A stretch of 32,000 nucleotides of DNA from Candidatus Saccharimonadota bacterium (GTDB lineage Archaea; Nanobdellota; Nanobdellia; Pacearchaeales; GW2011-AR1), in assembly GCA_017609205.1 (NCBI GenBank), contig JAFCEL010000001.1, positions 479,057-511,056 on the forward strand, given 5' to 3'. A program made the translations under genes and the position numbers. The notes beneath the pieces were generated by a model that worked only from the letters and a program-made list of their open reading frames with translations, searched no databases and was not told where the DNA came from. Of the stretch, positions 30,143 to 32,000 are shown one piece after another. Each line of letters opens with the position of its first letter. Positions within the stretch are counted from its first letter, which is position 1.

Positions 30143-32000
30143 AAAGATTATATTTATTGTTTTTATATTAATGTATGTTCCTATCAATGCTTTGGCAGAC
30201 TCTTCTATTACCCAGAATGGCGTCACATTCTATTTTGATAAAGATTATGATACTGGTAAATTCGCAAACGGTGATTATTGGGTTGTGGGGCCTGTTACCA
30301 TAACAAGAATAACCCCTGATGCTGTAATTAATTTTCTAGATGTCGGAACTGACATATGCAATGGCCGGTCATCGGGCAACAGTGCCTGTTCTGATGCCTG
30401 TAAATTACTAACAGAAGGTTATTCTTCCATGTGTGAATGCAATGTTGACAGGGATGGTGAATGTGATACTACTAATAATAATTGTATATGTTCTAATATC
30501 CGTAATGGGTGGGAGGTAAATCCCACCGTCAAGAGACCGCAAGGATTTGATGACAGAGCAAGAAATGCTGATGCAAGGCTTGTTCCTTCTTTGCCATATA
30601 CTGCTCATCCTGGTGAATCTATTGTAAAATCAATAAGCGTTGATCCACAATCAAAGAGTTGTCGCAACTGTCTTGTAAGTGTAGCTGTCTTAACAGTGGT
30701 ATCTGAAATCCCTCCTGATAACGGCAAGAATATGTTCAGACCTCCTTATGTAGGCAAAGAGAAGCCCTATTACAGAGCAGATTCTTTAAGAATAGACCTT
30801 CTGCCTTCATATCCTATTGTAGAACATGCGCCTTCGATAGATTGGGTTGTTGACAATTTTGGCCCTTTGCAGTTTGACCATAAAGAAGGTAATATAGGAA
30901 GAAGTCTTCATCCAATTAATAACATCCCTGACTATGGTGGTGATATCGGTCGGCGTAATGCTGATGGTGCCTTGACACTTATGTTAAATTATTCTATCGA
31001 AGAAAAGATGCCTGGTATTATAGCTTATATACAATATGGTATAGACCTCTATCATATGCTTCTTCTGGGTCAGAGATGGGGTTCAGGCGGCGGCCATCGT
31101 CCAGGTCAAAAACTACCGTTGGTTTTCGCTGCGGTTATGCTTGATAATGAAACAATGAAAAATGTGGTGAATTCTACCCTTATCTATGAAGATTATGTTA
31201 TTGTTTCATCAAAGGACGGTTATCCACTCTATGGTTTCACAAATTACGAGGACGAAGAAAGATATTGGGAGACGCTTATAACCCAATCTGGATACAAATC
31301 TAGGCCAGACCCATACGGGATGATAGATGGTGGAAAGAAACCTGGAGGAACATATGATTTCTGTTGCGTTACTCAGCCATTGAAAGGAGAGGTTCTCGCA
31401 TTTCACCTTATACCTGAGATGAAAAAGATATGGAATCGCAAGGTATTGTTTGATTATATTGACAGGTGGGTAAGTTTTGGTGTATGGACACAACCAGATG
31501 ATTGCGCACCTCCGGATGGTTTGTGTTCTGGTGGCGATAATGAAGGAGCATACTGTACCACTGCTTCTGCTGAAGACATCTGTACAGGGGGAGGTATATG
31601 TAATTTAAGTGTTTATTGGGAAGGTTCTGAAATCCATTATGGCATCACGTATGGTCCTGATGGAAATGGTGGTTGTATCAAGGATACTGATCCCAGTGAT
31701 GGCATTGGAAGATTTCCCAAACGGCATGGAATCAGGAAGGATGGTGGTTTTAGATACAGTGTTTTCCAGAAGGAAATGTGGGATGCTTACAGGGGAGCTT
31801 CGTGTTATAATGGAATATGTGAGAAAGAAGAAACCCCCGAAAGCTGCCCGTTTGATTGTGCAGGTTTCTTTTGCGGAAACGGCGTGACAGAGCCAGGCGA
31901 AGCATGCGATGGTTCTGACCTGAATGGCCTGGACTGCTCAACAGTTGCAGCAGGGTTTGTGTCAGGAACACTTGGATGCCTCCCAGACTGCTCTGGATAT
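30135..32000 (+). CDS. secreted hypothetical protein (partial, continues past the window end) ending in Cys-rich modules
   Basis: Hand translation from the ATG at 30135 gives 622 stop-free codons to position 32000. The ORF is absent from the track because no stop lies in the window. The signal peptide is MDRKIIFIVFILMYVPINALA. The start overlaps the upstream stop (ATGGATAG). It contains CYNGICEKEETPESCPFDC followed by CGNGVTEPGEACDGSDLNGLDCSTVAAGFVSGTLGCLPDCSGY. Confidence 0.8.
   Translation, partial: MDRKIIFIVFILMYVPINALADSSITQNGVTFYFDKDYDTGKFANGDYWVVGPVTITRITPDAVINFLDVGTDICNGRSSGNSACSDACKLLTEGYSSMCECNVDRDGECDTTNNNCICSNIRNGWEVNPTVKRPQGFDDRARNADARLVPSLPYTAHPGESIVKSISVDPQSKSCRNCLVSVAVLTVVSEIPPDNGKNMFRPPYVGKEKPYYRADSLRIDLLPSYPIVEHAPSIDWVVDNFGPLQFDHKEGNIGRSLHPINNIPDYGGDIGRRNADGALTLMLNYSIEEKMPGIIAYIQYGIDLYHMLLLGQRWGSGGGHRPGQKLPLVFAAVMLDNETMKNVVNSTLIYEDYVIVSSKDGYPLYGFTNYEDEERYWETLITQSGYKSRPDPYGMIDGGKKPGGTYDFCCVTQPLKGEVLAFHLIPEMKKIWNRKVLFDYIDRWVSFGVWTQPDDCAPPDGLCSGGDNEGAYCTTASAEDICTGGGICNLSVYWEGSEIHYGITYGPDGNGGCIKDTDPSDGIGRFPKRHGIRKDGGFRYSVFQKEMWDAYRGASCYNGICEKEETPESCPFDCAGFFCGNGVTEPGEACDGSDLNGLDCSTVAAGFVSGTLGCLPDCSGY
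31887..31978 (+). repeat. 92-bp perfect direct repeat, copy 2 (partner at 28654-28745)
   Basis: This tract is identical to 28654-28745. Here the reading frame continues intact (..GTLG-CLPDCSGY). Confidence 0.95.

Noticed and set aside
30408-31971. Track ORFs 30408..30608(-), 31209..31493(-), 31609..31887(+) and 31750..31971(-).
   Set aside because: All lie inside the 622-codon stop-free frame starting at 30135. That frame has a signal peptide and conserved Cys-rich modules. The short ORFs are alternative-frame artefacts.
28654-31978. The 92-bp repeat pair considered as a diversity-generating retroelement template/variable repeat pair.
   Set aside because: The copies are 100% identical, with no adenine-specific differences. 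Both lie in coding modules. No reverse transcriptase or accessory gene is present in the window.

Overview
Low-GC archaeal chromosome fragment: hand counts on sample 60-nt lines give about 25-35% GC for most of the window. It is most consistent with a small-genome DPANN-type archaeon. Supporting evidence: archaeal/eukaryal-type PheRS alpha and beta, TrpRS, ThrRS with the archaeal N-terminal editing domain, Elp3, an Rpp30-like RNase P subunit, archaeal UMP kinase, and four intron-containing tRNAs split at the canonical 37/38 position. A/T boxes (TTTATAAA, TTTTAAAA) sit a fixed 20-21 nt before start codons, which implies leaderless mRNAs. Positions 1-25500 are mostly housekeeping: 4 aaRS genes, PEP synthase, a 56-aa ferredoxin missing from the ORF track, a LemA/HtpX pair, a PP-loop pair, Elp3 with a divergent methyltransferase, two GTPases, and tRNA-Gln, Thr, Glu(UUC), Glu(CUC, partial) and Ile(UAU). 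Positions 25600-32000 are accessory. They hold a Cys-rich membrane-anchored surface protein followed by a GC-richer block (about 35-57% on sample lines) of three secreted lyase-like or beta-helix proteins. These carry Cys-rich CGNG..EPGEACDG modules and a dockerin-like tail. The block contains two +1 frame breaks and a 92-bp perfect direct repeat whose end coincides with one break. The last gene (30135 to past 32000) is open to the window edge and is therefore absent from the ORF track. Other points worth a second look: a 24-nt copy of the tRNA-Ile 5' end placed 70 nt upstream of the real gene; an in-frame TGA separating thrS from an ORF with no start codon for 80 codons; an active PP-loop ATPase coupled to a degenerate TtuA/NcsA-like partner; a Tat-signal SleB-like peptidoglycan hydrolase; a membrane receptor with a degenerate cyclase-like domain; and a stand-alone FlaI/PilB N-domain protein. 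No CRISPR array, transposase, integrase or reverse transcriptase was seen.
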